Assembly (NCBI GenBank): GCA_965214935.1
Contig: CBDCCS010000022.1
Location: forward strand, 160,001 to 224,000
From: Candidatus Velthaea sp.
GTDB taxonomy: Bacteria; Vulcanimicrobiota; Vulcanimicrobiia; Vulcanimicrobiales; Vulcanimicrobiaceae
Direction of reading: 5' to 3'
DNA length: 64,000 nt
The notes under the pieces were generated by a model, which saw nothing but the letters and a program-made list of their open reading frames with translations, searched no databases and had not been told where the DNA came from. Of the stretch, positions 33,901 through 43,197 are shown piece by piece. A program made the position numbers and the translations under genes. The stretch's first letter is position 1. Each line of letters begins with the position of its first letter.

Positions 33901-33940
33901 CCTAAGCCCGGCTTAAATTAACCTTAAGAACTCTTAATGT
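33901..33940. promoter_or_regulatory. Candidate Pho-box array upstream of pstS
   Basis: C(C/T)TAA at 33901, 33912, 33923, 33933 (spacing 11, 11, 10) in an AT-rich patch spanning the phoR stop. Confidence 0.6.
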
Positions 33941-35090
33941 CGACCTCGGCGTGCGCTGCCGGTAAGCGGCCCGTGAACGTTGAGCCGCGGCCGAGAACCG
34001 ATTGCGCCGTGAGCGTTCCACCATGTGCCTCGATGAGACTACGGGCAATCGAAAGTCCGAGACCCGTTCCGCTTTGACCGCGCGACCGCGAGCGGTCGGC
34101 TACATAGAAGCGGTCGAAAATGAACGCCAGATCGGCGAAGGGTATCCCGGCGCCCGTATCTTCCACCCGCAACACCGCCCATTGCTGCTCTCGCGTCACT
34201 TCAACGGTGACCGTTCCGGCGGCGGGTGTGTGACGTAGCGCGTTATCGACGAGGTTGACCGCGACTTGTGCCAGCCGCGCGCGGTCTGCATCGACGAAGA
34301 CGGGCTCGGGTGCTTCAAGATCGAGATTCACGTCGATGGTCGACGCGCGATGTGAAAACGTATCGACGACGGACGCCGCAACATCGGTCAAATCAAAGCG
34401 TTCTTTGCGAATGATAAGCCGGCCGGACTCCGAGCGCGCCAGCGCCAGCAGATCTTCAACGAGCCCGACGATACGTTCGACTTCGGCGGCAACTCGCGGC
34501 ATGAATTGCATGCGAGCGTCGGCGTCGTCTTCGGCGGCAAGCATCGTTTCGACCATCAACTTGATGGCGGCAAGCGGCGTGCGCAGTTCATGCGACACAT
34601 TCGAGACAAAGTCACGCCGAATGCGCTCCATGCTGACGAGCTCCGTGCGGTCGGCAGCGATCGCAACGACGCTCTGGCCGTCCAGCGACTCCACGGTGAT
34701 GCCGAGGATTCGCTCGCGTTCGCGCTCGATCACACGCACGTCCCGCGTCGAGCCGGCGCCGCTCAGGGCGTCGTTCACTTGACGCTCGAACTCCACCGAC
34801 GGCACGACTTCGATAACGACTTTGCCCTGCGAACGCGCGGCGGTGATGCCGAATAGTGATTCGGCCGCGGAGTTGATGAACGTCACGCGGCCGTTCGCAT
34901 CGAATAAGAATGCCGCGAACGGCAACGCCCGCAGAACACGCTGGGTGGCAAGCAGCGGAGCGACGGCGGTCGGTGTTTCTTTCGGCTCGTTCGATACGGG
35001 CGGTGCCGCTGCGCGCCGACGCATTGCAAGATACGTACCCAGCGCGCCGGCGATGCCGCCGCCGAGTGCGGCGACAAATTCGATCGGCAT
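33924..35090 (-). CDS. phoR: PhoR-like sensor histidine kinase (PAS-HisKA-HATPase)
   Basis: RRDFVSNVSHELRTPL, NLVDNALRH, GTGLGLSI; adjacent to the pst genes. Confidence 0.88.
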   Translation of the reverse strand: MPIEFVAALGGGIAGALGTYLAMRRRAAAPPVSNEPKETPTAVAPLLATQRVLRALPFAAFLFDANGRVTFINSAAESLFGITAARSQGKVVIEVVPSVEFERQVNDALSGAGSTRDVRVIERERERILGITVESLDGQSVVAIAADRTELVSMERIRRDFVSNVSHELRTPLAAIKLMVETMLAAEDDADARMQFMPRVAAEVERIVGLVEDLLALARSESGRLIIRKERFDLTDVAASVVDTFSHRASTIDVNLDLEAPEPVFVDADRARLAQVAVNLVDNALRHTPAAGTVTVEVTREQQWAVLRVEDTGAGIPFADLAFIFDRFYVADRSRSRGQSGTGLGLSIARSLIEAHGGTLTAQSVLGRGSTFTGRLPAAHAEVDIKSS

Positions 35091-35095
35091 CGCGA

Positions 35096-35818
35096 TTACT
35101 CGCGAAACATATAGCCGCGGCTTCGGACGGTGGCGATGTGACGCGGGTTATTGGGATCGACTTCGATCTTTTCGCGTAACCAGCGAATGTGAACGCTTAT
35201 GGTCTGGTGCTCGCCCTCGAAATCGTAGCCCCAAACCTTTTCCAACAAGATTTGGCGCGTTACGATGCGGCCGCGGTTTTCCATGAGCAAGTGCAGTAAG
35301 CGGAACTCTTTGGGTGCTAGCGCTACGTCGACGCCGCGCACGATGAGGCGCTGCCGCGTCGGGTCGATCGAGATATCTCCGATGCTGATCGCTTCGTTTT
35401 TTTGTTGCTCGAAGATGACGTCTTGGCGCCGCAATCGCGCCTTAATGCGCGCCATGATCTCGCCCAGTGCAAACGGCTTGGTGACGTAGTCGTCAGCACC
35501 GAGTTCGAGCGCGAGGACTTTATCGAACTCTTGGTCTTTGGCCGTGAGCATGATGATCGGCACCGCGCTAAGCTTGCGTATTTCTTTACAGGCTTCGATG
35601 CCGTCGAGCAGCGGCAGCATGATGTCGAGCACGACGAGATCGGGCGCCTCGGTTGCCGCGAGCATCACGGCGGTACGGCCGTCACCCGCCGTTAACACCG
35701 CATAGCCGTTTTTCTCGAGATTGTAGCGCAGCGATTGCACGATCGCCGCCTCGTCATCGACGAGCAAAATCTTCTTGCGAGCGGCCGCCACGACGGTTGC
35801 GGCAGCAGGGGCCATCAA
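35096..35818 (-). CDS. phoB: PhoB/PhoP-like OmpR family response regulator
   Basis: LVDDE, LDIMLP, GADDYVTKPF, VHIRWLREKIE, TVRSRGY; context. Confidence 0.85.
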   Translation of the reverse strand: MMAPAAATVVAAARKKILLVDDEAAIVQSLRYNLEKNGYAVLTAGDGRTAVMLAATEAPDLVVLDIMLPLLDGIEACKEIRKLSAVPIIMLTAKDQEFDKVLALELGADDYVTKPFALGEIMARIKARLRRQDVIFEQQKNEAISIGDISIDPTRQRLIVRGVDVALAPKEFRLLHLLMENRGRIVTRQILLEKVWGYDFEGEHQTISVHIRWLREKIEVDPNNPRHIATVRSRGYMFRE

Positions 35819-37368
35819 GCGCGCACTTCCGCCGTCAGCGCTTCAGCCCCGAGACGAACGCCGAAAACTCGCTCGAAAAGATCGCCGTGAAGCATCGCGG
35901 CACCAAGTTCGCTTGCAACGTCCGTTTCAGCCTGCGCGCCGATGACGATCCGGCCGGGCTCGCGCCGCACGGTGACGTCATTGACCAGGCCGAGATGCCG
36001 CGAATCGAGACCGTCGGCGATCCGCAGGAGGGCGGCGAGTTTTTCTAGCCGCTGGCGTGCGGGCGGCTCGAGCGCCGTGAAATCTAGATGCGCGGCTTTC
36101 GGCATCGCTTTGCGGTAATAGCGCGCGATCGATGCAATCAGCATGCGTTCGTCATCGCGCCACCCGTCCAGCGCCGAAGAGCGAATGATATAAGCCGAGT
36201 GTTTATGACGCCCGCTTTCAGCGACGAACCGCCCGACACCGTGAACGAGCGCAGCAGCATAGAGCAGATCGCGGTCGCCCGGTGCGAGGCCATGAATGTC
36301 GGCCAGGCGCTCGAAAAGCCGTAGCGCTAAACGCGCGACGTGCCGTTCGTGTCCCGCTAGATGGCCGTACTTGTGCCCGAGCGCCTCAACGGCATTCATG
36401 CGCGCCGCATGTTTATCGCCTAATCGCTGCGAGAGTGCGCGGTCGCGCGCAATGAGGTCGACGATAATGCCGTCGCGCAGTGCCCGCTCGCACACGACGA
36501 TCTCGCTCATCTGCAGTCCGTTGAGCGCGGCAATGAGAACGGCGTTTCCGGCAACGATGATATCGGCGCGACGCGGATTCATCCCGGGCATCTTTCGCCG
36601 CTCCGCTTCGCTGAGCGCGAGCATGCGCCGTTGTAAGTTTTCCAAGCGCGCGCGTTCGATCGTGTAGCCGTGCACGCGGCGCAGCACGATGCCGCGATCG
36701 GCAGCATCGAGCGCCGCCAAACCCATAATCGTTCCGGACGTTCCGATGGCAAAATCGACGTTGAATTGCGCGATGCGTCCGACCAGCGGCGCGAGCGCAT
36801 CGCGAACGTACAGGTTCAACCCGCGTGCAGCCCGCGCGGGATCGGGTGCATCGCGCAGAAATGCGTCGTACAGCCGCAGACTGCCGAGTTTCACCGAGTC
36901 GAGCATGAACGCGCGCTCGCCGTCGGCAACGATCAATTCCGTCGAACCGCCGCCGATGTCGATGATGCACGCAATGCGATCGTAGATCGGAAAGCCGCTC
37001 GCTACGCCGAGATGAATGAGGCGTGCTTCTTCAGCCGCGTCAAGGATTTCGAGCGGAACACCGGTCTGCGCTTCGACTTGAACCCGAAACTCGTGTCCGT
37101 TCTCCGCTTCGCGCACGGCCGACGTCGCGACGGCGCGAATGCGCTCGGCACCGCGTTCGCGTGCCAGCGCGACGAAACGAGTGATCGCATCGACGCCGCG
37201 CGCCATGGCCTTCGGGGCCAGCCGGCCGCGTTCGAGCGCGTCGTTACTTCCCAGGCGCACCATCTCGCGCGCTTTGTACACGATGCGTGATGTGTCGTAA
37301 ATCGAGTCACACTCGACGACAATGAGGTGAATCGAGTTCGTACCGACATCGATCGCACCAAAAAGCAT
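35815..37368 (-). CDS. ppx: Ppx/GppA exopolyphosphatase with C-terminal HD-like domain
   Basis: AIDVGTNS, ATSAVREA, DIGGGSTE, RADII, ALRDG; start MLFGAID. Confidence 0.9.
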   Translation of the reverse strand: MLFGAIDVGTNSIHLIVVECDSIYDTSRIVYKAREMVRLGSNDALERGRLAPKAMARGVDAITRFVALARERGAERIRAVATSAVREAENGHEFRVQVEAQTGVPLEILDAAEEARLIHLGVASGFPIYDRIACIIDIGGGSTELIVADGERAFMLDSVKLGSLRLYDAFLRDAPDPARAARGLNLYVRDALAPLVGRIAQFNVDFAIGTSGTIMGLAALDAADRGIVLRRVHGYTIERARLENLQRRMLALSEAERRKMPGMNPRRADIIVAGNAVLIAALNGLQMSEIVVCERALRDGIIVDLIARDRALSQRLGDKHAARMNAVEALGHKYGHLAGHERHVARLALRLFERLADIHGLAPGDRDLLYAAALVHGVGRFVAESGRHKHSAYIIRSSALDGWRDDERMLIASIARYYRKAMPKAAHLDFTALEPPARQRLEKLAALLRIADGLDSRHLGLVNDVTVRREPGRIVIGAQAETDVASELGAAMLHGDLFERVFGVRLGAEALTAEVRA

Positions 37369-37417
37369 GCCCGCCGTTACGAGGGAGGACGCTCGTGCTC
37401 CCCCAAGCTGCCGCAAG

Positions 37418-38308
37418 ATGCAAATCGTTGTCGCGTTCGTACGGCTCGCGCGACTAAAATTTCTTGTCGGCGGCTTCGCCGGCTATGCGCTGGGAGTAAC
37501 GGTTGCAGCCTACCAAGGTGTGGTTGTAACGCCGGCCGCGTATAGCTGGGGTCAATGTATTGTGACGGCATTTCAGCTGATGACGCACTTTGCCAACGAG
37601 TACTTCGACCGGCATGCCGACCGGTATACACGGCCGACCGAATTCGCCGGCGGCAGCGGTGTGCTGGCGGCCGGGCTGCTGACGCCGCGAGTTGCAATCG
37701 TTGCCGCCGCCGTCTGTGCCGGTTGCGGCACGCTTGCGCTCGTTCGTTTCGCCGTCGCGGGCAACGCCGGCGTTGCGGCGCTCGGCCTTGCGATCGGGCT
37801 GCTATCCTGGGGTTACTCCGCCCCCCCGTTCCGGCTGGCGGCTCAAGGCTGGGGCGAGATCGACACGGCGGCGATCGTCGGTGTACTCGTCCCGCTGGCG
37901 GGTTACGCGGCCGTTGCGGGCCGGCTCGATGTGCTGATCCTCAGCGCTACGCTGGCACCGGCCGCGGCAATGTTCGCGATGATGATCGCCGTCGAGTGGC
38001 CCGATCGCAGCGCCGATCGATTGACCGGTAAACGGAATCTCGTCGTGCGCTTCGGCACGTTACGCACGGCGCGGTTGGCGACGGTTGCCGCCGTCTTGCT
38101 CGTTCCGGCCTTTGTCGCACCGCTGGCATTCGGCGCGCCGCGATCGGTCCTGCCCTTCGCGCTCCTGATCGCCCCGGTGGCAAGCGGCTTCGCGGGTCGT
38201 ATACGTGACGCCGGCGCGCTCGCCGCCGAGGTCGCCGCGCACGGAGTAACCTTGTTTTTTCTCACCGTAACGTTCTCGGTCTTCGGCTATATCTCGAGCT
38301 TGCACTAG
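37418..38308 (+). CDS. UbiA/MenA family prenyltransferase
   Basis: HFANEYFD..D, GGSG, YSAPPFRL..GWGE, PDRSADRLTGKRNLVVR. Confidence 0.88.
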   Translation: MQIVVAFVRLARLKFLVGGFAGYALGVTVAAYQGVVVTPAAYSWGQCIVTAFQLMTHFANEYFDRHADRYTRPTEFAGGSGVLAAGLLTPRVAIVAAAVCAGCGTLALVRFAVAGNAGVAALGLAIGLLSWGYSAPPFRLAAQGWGEIDTAAIVGVLVPLAGYAAVAGRLDVLILSATLAPAAAMFAMMIAVEWPDRSADRLTGKRNLVVRFGTLRTARLATVAAVLLVPAFVAPLAFGAPRSVLPFALLIAPVASGFAGRIRDAGALAAEVAAHGVTLFFLTVTFSVFGYISSLH

Positions 38309-38374
38309 CGGGCGCGAGCGGCTGCCACCAGCGTCGTTGCGAACGACGCCTGCGGTATGCGAAACTAGGAGCCA

Positions 38375-38617
38375 GTGAACGAGATGACCAGGACGCCGCT
38401 GTTCGAGCGCGTTGACGCAGCACTCGATCGTATCCGCCCAAACATCGCTGCCGACGGCGGCGACGTTTGGCTGATGAACGTGGCTGACGGCATTGCCTAC
38501 GTTCAGATGGTCGGGGCGTGCGGCGGCTGCGCGGCCGCACTCGTTACGCTCAAGAGCGGCATCGAGCGCGTCGTCTGCGAGCACGTGCCCGAGATTCACG
38601 CGGTCGAGCAGCTCTAA
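38375..38617 (+). CDS. NifU/NfuA family Fe-S protein
   Basis: IRPNIAADGGDV, GACGGC, TLKSGIE. Confidence 0.92.
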   Translation: MNEMTRTPLFERVDAALDRIRPNIAADGGDVWLMNVADGIAYVQMVGACGGCAAALVTLKSGIERVVCEHVPEIHAVEQL

Positions 38618-38629
38618 ACAGCGACCGCT

Positions 38630-39880
38630 CTACAAGATTCGGGCGACCCCCGTCTGTGGCTCGGCTGCCGCCAACACGCCGGCCGCTGCCGATGCGCCGC
38701 CGAGCCGTCCGCGCTCGTTATCGACGTAAGCTTTGGCTTTATCGACTTCGCCGCTCAGCGAGGTGACGGTCTGCTCCATCGCACCCAGCGCCTTGAGTTT
38801 GAATTTCGACACGTCGTCCATCGCCGACATGACGGTCGCAAACGCCGTCTTGAGCGTTTCAACATCGACGCTCGACGTCGTCGCTTGTTCGTACACGCGC
38901 GTTGCATTTGCTTTGAGCATCTTTGCATTGCCTGCGATCAGGTTGCCCGTCGTCGTGTTGAGCGCTGAAATCTCGTCGAGCACCAGCCGTTGATTGGCAA
39001 TCGCTTGAGCAACGATGACCGCCGTGCGTAGGGCCGAGATCGTCGTCGTCGTCGCCCGGCCGATCCCTTTTTGCAGTTCGGTGTTATTTTTCTTGATGAG
39101 GTCGAGCGCCATGTAGCCTTGCACGTTGACCGCCATTTGCGTGGCGATATCTTGCTGCTTTTGCAACGCATAGAACAGCACATCTTCTTTGAGAATACGA
39201 GCGCGTTCGGGGTCGCTTACTTCAATGCCGGCGATCTGCGCCTGGACTGCAGTGGTAATACGCTTGGCTAGATACGCATATTGTTCGAGCGTGCCCATGA
39301 GTTTCCACATGTTGGCTTTCTCTTGCTCGATCGAGGCGTTGTCGCGCATGAGCTGATCGCGCGACCGGTATAGCGACTCGATAATCGCATTAAGGTGACT
39401 TTGCGACGATTCGTAACCGCGAAAATAATCGGTAACTTTGTTGCCCATGGGAATGATGCCCAGCAGTTTGCGCGGACCTTTGAACAGGTCGCCTTGACGC
39501 GACGGATCGAGCTTTTCGACGGTGCGGCGCAAATCGAGCATCTGCTTGGAAACATCTGAATCGTTGCCGAGCGCACCGCCCGAAAGTGCGCGCGAGGGAC
39601 GGTCCAGCAACGCGTTCGATACGTTAGCCGACGCCACGATTTCTTTATTTCCCATCGCACTCAACGCGTCGACGGCTTTCTTGAACTCATCGCCGTCGAC
39701 GGGCAATTCGACGAGCGTCTTCGCTACTTGTTCGACCTGCGCGTCGAGCGCGACTTTGTCGGCTGCCGCGATGGGGACTTTGCCGATCGCTTTTTCGGGC
39801 GCGATCGGCCCGACCGGCTGCGGGGCAACGAGTTGTTGATCGGGCGGAACCAACGTGCCCTCGAGAGTATCGTCGTTCAA
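38630..39880 (-). CDS. Toxic anion resistance protein (TelA/YaaN/KlaB family)
   Basis: DLRRTVEKLDP, KLLGIIP, YFRGYESSQSHLNAI, NNTEL..RATTTTISALRTAVIVAQA. Confidence 0.88.
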   Translation of the reverse strand: MNDDTLEGTLVPPDQQLVAPQPVGPIAPEKAIGKVPIAAADKVALDAQVEQVAKTLVELPVDGDEFKKAVDALSAMGNKEIVASANVSNALLDRPSRALSGGALGNDSDVSKQMLDLRRTVEKLDPSRQGDLFKGPRKLLGIIPMGNKVTDYFRGYESSQSHLNAIIESLYRSRDQLMRDNASIEQEKANMWKLMGTLEQYAYLAKRITTAVQAQIAGIEVSDPERARILKEDVLFYALQKQQDIATQMAVNVQGYMALDLIKKNNTELQKGIGRATTTTISALRTAVIVAQAIANQRLVLDEISALNTTTGNLIAGNAKMLKANATRVYEQATTSSVDVETLKTAFATVMSAMDDVSKFKLKALGAMEQTVTSLSGEVDKAKAYVDNERGRLGGASAAAGVLAAAEPQTGVARIL

Positions 39881-39936
39881 CTAAGCTTCCTTTGTGCCGG
39901 CAATGACAACGATGGCGACAACGATGCAATCGGCGA

Positions 39937-40140
39937 CTACCGATCGTTGACGTGCAGATTTCGCGGCCCGCCGCACAAGTAACGTGTGTATTCGACCGGC
40001 ACGACCGACTCGCCCCGGCGCTGACCGTCGGGTGAGAGCATCTCCATGAAGCCCATCGCACCTTCGGCGGTCGCCTCACCGCCGAACATCTCACCGAGCA
40101 TGTCGCCGACGCCGCCGAAAAGATCGCCGAATCCATCCAT
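39937..40140 (-). CDS. Small Gly/Met-rich hypothetical protein
   Basis: ATG 1 nt after the upstream stop; fills the gap in the operon. Confidence 0.5.
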   Translation of the reverse strand: MDGFGDLFGGVGDMLGEMFGGEATAEGAMGFMEMLSPDGQRRGESVVPVEYTRYLCGGPRNLHVNDR

Positions 40141-40141
40141 A

Positions 40142-40993
40142 CTAGTCGTTGAGGCCGATTTGGAACATCGGCTTCACGCCGTGCGATTCCGCCCGTTTGA
40201 CGATCGACGTCCCGATGGCCATGAACTCGATAATGTGCGGCTGCCAGATATGGTTTTTCTCCACGATCTGCATGCCGACGACGCCTTCTGCGCCGTGCGC
40301 TTCGGCTTCGGCTTGCATGCGCGACATCGCCAGCTCGCGCGCGTCGTAAATCGCTGCGGTATAATTCGGCAGTTCGATATTGTTGCCCAGCGTGCGCATC
40401 GACTGCACGAAGCCGGCATGCGCAATGTGATAGACGCACGTACCCATTACCAATTCGGCCGGGATGTATCCGATCTCGTGCAAGCGATAAAAATCTTGCA
40501 CCGATAGGTCGCTGGTAAACGGCTTACCGTGAACGGTGCGGTAATCGCCGCCGGCCGGCGCTTTTACGGCCGTACCGATCGCGGTGAACTCCAGCGCGCT
40601 TTCGGCCCAGGCGTAGCTGCCGACTTCGAGCTTCACGCCGACGATACCATCGGCACCGAGCGCCGCTGCTTCTTCTTCCATGCGGGCCATGGCGAGTTCG
40701 CGCGCGTGATACATCGCCTGCGTCAAGACGCCGAGTTCTTCGTTGTTAAAATAATTGGCGTATTGCAAACCGACGTGATAAATCGAACTGCCGAGCACTA
40801 GGCCGACGGGCTCCATCTTGAGTTCTTTGAGCAACACGAACTCGGAGACCGACAGGTCGCTGGTAAAAAGCGGTTTGCCGCCTTCGCCGCGCATCCGGCG
40901 TAAGCGCGCGATCGCATCGAGCGGGACACCGCCCTGCGTGGTGCCGACTGCCGACTGTTGATTCTGCCGATTACCGATCCCGAAAAAACTCAT
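40142..40993 (-). CDS. Tandem YbjQ/UPF0145 (putative heavy-metal-binding) domain protein
   Basis: Two copies of FTSDLSV..ARELAM.RM..EA...GA.G.VG..EF.AIGT. Confidence 0.85.
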   Translation of the reverse strand: MSFFGIGNRQNQQSAVGTTQGGVPLDAIARLRRMRGEGGKPLFTSDLSVSEFVLLKELKMEPVGLVLGSSIYHVGLQYANYFNNEELGVLTQAMYHARELAMARMEEEAAALGADGIVGVKLEVGSYAWAESALEFTAIGTAVKAPAGGDYRTVHGKPFTSDLSVQDFYRLHEIGYIPAELVMGTCVYHIAHAGFVQSMRTLGNNIELPNYTAAIYDARELAMSRMQAEAEAHGAEGVVGMQIVEKNHIWQPHIIEFMAIGTSIVKRAESHGVKPMFQIGLND

Positions 40994-41002
40994 GCCGCAC
41001 CT

Positions 41003-41770
41003 TCATCTTGAAAGAAACGAGTGGAGAAGATCGCGCGCCGACCGGTCACGCTCGACATACGCCCCGACATCCTCGAATAACCCCTTCATCCATTCGCCGA
41101 CATCCGTCCGTTCCGTGCGCAACGCGACGCCACGCACGATTTTCGTACAGGCCGCAGCCACGCCGCCGCGTTCGGCCTCGAGCGTATAGCGCAAGACGTC
41201 GGGACCGCGCGGCACGTCGATCGAGACGCTTTTGACCGGCCCGCCGAAGAGCCCGCGACGCACGGTGGTCAACGCCGGAAACGCGGTTGCAAAGCGTTGC
41301 CCGGCGACGGCCAAAAACTGCCCGGAGTCGCTCCGGGCCGGCGCTTGGAGATCCGAGAAGAAGCGGCTGACCAGCGCGCGCGGCACCGCCGTCGCGGACG
41401 GCAATTCTTGGCTCTGGACGGGCACGGCTGCAGGGAGATCCGAGAAGCGCTCGGCGAGAAAAGCGCCGTTCGCCGCGAGCGCCGTCCGCCCGGCTTCGGC
41501 TAGCGCAGCGAGCCGTTGCGCGGTCGCGCGTTCGAGCAGCGTGAGCTGGTCGATCAACAGCGTATCGGCGACAGCGTCGCGCCGGCTGGCGGGAACGTTG
41601 AGGTACGCGCCAAGCGTGTCGGGCAAATAGCGGCGCTCGGTTTCTTTGAGCGAGAATGCGGCCTCGTCGGCGATACCCGTCCGCTCGATGAGGCGGTTCG
41701 CCTCGTCGAGCATCGCTTCGATCTGCGCAACGATTTGCACGGCAGCATCGGGTAGTCCAGCCATCGTCAT
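41003..41770 (-). CDS. Two-domain hypothetical protein heading the TelA operon
   Basis: N-terminal helical domain (RYLPDTLGAYL..DQLTLL..NGAFLAERF), Pro-rich linker, C-terminal domain (KIVRGVALRTE..EW). Confidence 0.7.
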   Translation of the reverse strand: MTMAGLPDAAVQIVAQIEAMLDEANRLIERTGIADEAAFSLKETERRYLPDTLGAYLNVPASRRDAVADTLLIDQLTLLERATAQRLAALAEAGRTALAANGAFLAERFSDLPAAVPVQSQELPSATAVPRALVSRFFSDLQAPARSDSGQFLAVAGQRFATAFPALTTVRRGLFGGPVKSVSIDVPRGPDVLRYTLEAERGGVAAACTKIVRGVALRTERTDVGEWMKGLFEDVGAYVERDRSARDLLHSFLSR

Positions 41771-41832
41771 GCGGCGTTACCGGCGAGCGGGCCTGAATGT
41801 TTCGGCGGATGAGGGTATCCGGCGTTGCGCCA

Positions 41833-43062
41833 ATGGCACGCCGTATGCAGCGCCCGACCGTAGGCCGACTCGCGCCTTACTTTATTGCGTTTCTCGCCGG
41901 CGATGTCGCAAGCGAGATTCAAGGAATCGCGGTTGCTTGGCACATCTTTCGCCTGCATCATCGTCCTTTCGATCTTGGCCTCGTTGGATTGACGCTCTTT
42001 TTGCCGTCGGCGCTGCTGGTACTCGTCACGGGCTTGTATGCGGATCGGCACGATCGCCGTTCGATCATGATGGTCACGACCTTCGTCGAGATTGCCGCAG
42101 CCGCAGCCTTCCTCGGCTTCGTGTTGCGCGGCGCCGGAAGCTTATGGCCGTATCTGGGCGCACTGCTCGTCGTCGGCGTCGCGCGCGCGTTCGGCGCGCC
42201 GGCCGAACGCGGATTGCTGCTCGCGCTCGTGCCGGAAAGCGAGTATTTGCGCGTCTCGGCGGCTTACGCATCGGTGCGAAAGTTCATTGCCATCGGAAGT
42301 CCGGCAATCGGCGGCGCGCTCGTGGCGCTCGGCGTATCCGTCGCGCTCGGGACGTGTATCGGGCTTCTTGCCTTCGCCGCGGCCGGTCTAATAGTGCTGC
42401 GCCTGCCCGTTCGTAGCGCCACCGTGCATGTCGATGCCGCTTCGCTCGATGACGCGCTAGGCGGCATGCGCTTTATTCGCGCGCAACCGGTTATTCTTGC
42501 CGCGATCTCACTCGATCTGTTTGCGGTTTTATTCGGCGGCGCGACCGCGCTGCTGCCGGCGTACGCCGATACGATTCTTCATACCGGCCCGCTTGGTCTG
42601 GGATTGATGCGTAGCGCGCCGGCCGTCGGTGCGTTCGGGAGCGCGGCGTTTCTCGCACGCCGGCCGCTCGCGCGCAATATCGGGCGCACGCTGCTCGTCG
42701 CGGTTGCGATCTTCGGAGCGGCGACGATCGTTTTCGGGCTGTCACGTCTTTCTTTGCTCTCACTTGCAGCGCTGGTGGTTCTGGGAGCGGCCGACATGGT
42801 AAGTGTCGTCATTCGCAGCGGCATCGTTCAGCTCGGCACTCCGGACGCGATGCGCGGCCGCGTCAGCGCCGTTGAGAACGTCTTCATCGGCGCCTCGAAT
42901 GAACTAGGCGAATTCGAGTCCGGTTCGCTCGCTGCGCTCATCGGCGTCGTTCCGGCTGTCGTAAGCGGCGGGTTTGCGACGCTTGCCATCGTTGCAATCG
43001 TCGTTGCCGCGGTGCCGCGGCTGCGCCATTTCGACCGCTTCGCAAGTGCGCCGGCAATATAG
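41833..43062 (+). CDS. MFS transporter (EntS/DHA3-like)
   Basis: G..ADRHDRR, ISLDLFAVLFGGA.ALLP, TPDAMRGRV, ASNELGEFESG. Confidence 0.9.
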   Translation: MARRMQRPTVGRLAPYFIAFLAGDVASEIQGIAVAWHIFRLHHRPFDLGLVGLTLFLPSALLVLVTGLYADRHDRRSIMMVTTFVEIAAAAAFLGFVLRGAGSLWPYLGALLVVGVARAFGAPAERGLLLALVPESEYLRVSAAYASVRKFIAIGSPAIGGALVALGVSVALGTCIGLLAFAAAGLIVLRLPVRSATVHVDAASLDDALGGMRFIRAQPVILAAISLDLFAVLFGGATALLPAYADTILHTGPLGLGLMRSAPAVGAFGSAAFLARRPLARNIGRTLLVAVAIFGAATIVFGLSRLSLLSLAALVVLGAADMVSVVIRSGIVQLGTPDAMRGRVSAVENVFIGASNELGEFESGSLAALIGVVPAVVSGGFATLAIVAIVVAAVPRLRHFDRFASAPAI

Positions 43063-43197
43063 CCGTAAGGGACGAGCGCAAGCCTCCGCCGTATTGCTTC
43101 ATGGGTCCGGCGCCTACGTACGTTGACGTGCATTCCGCGCTTTGCATGATACGGGCCACGCACGCTTCACTCGCTTTATAGAGGAGTTGCCGTCGCC

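Noticed and set aside
39900..39935. GACAACGATG repeated twice upstream of telA
   Set aside because: Only two 10-bp copies; too little to call an operator.
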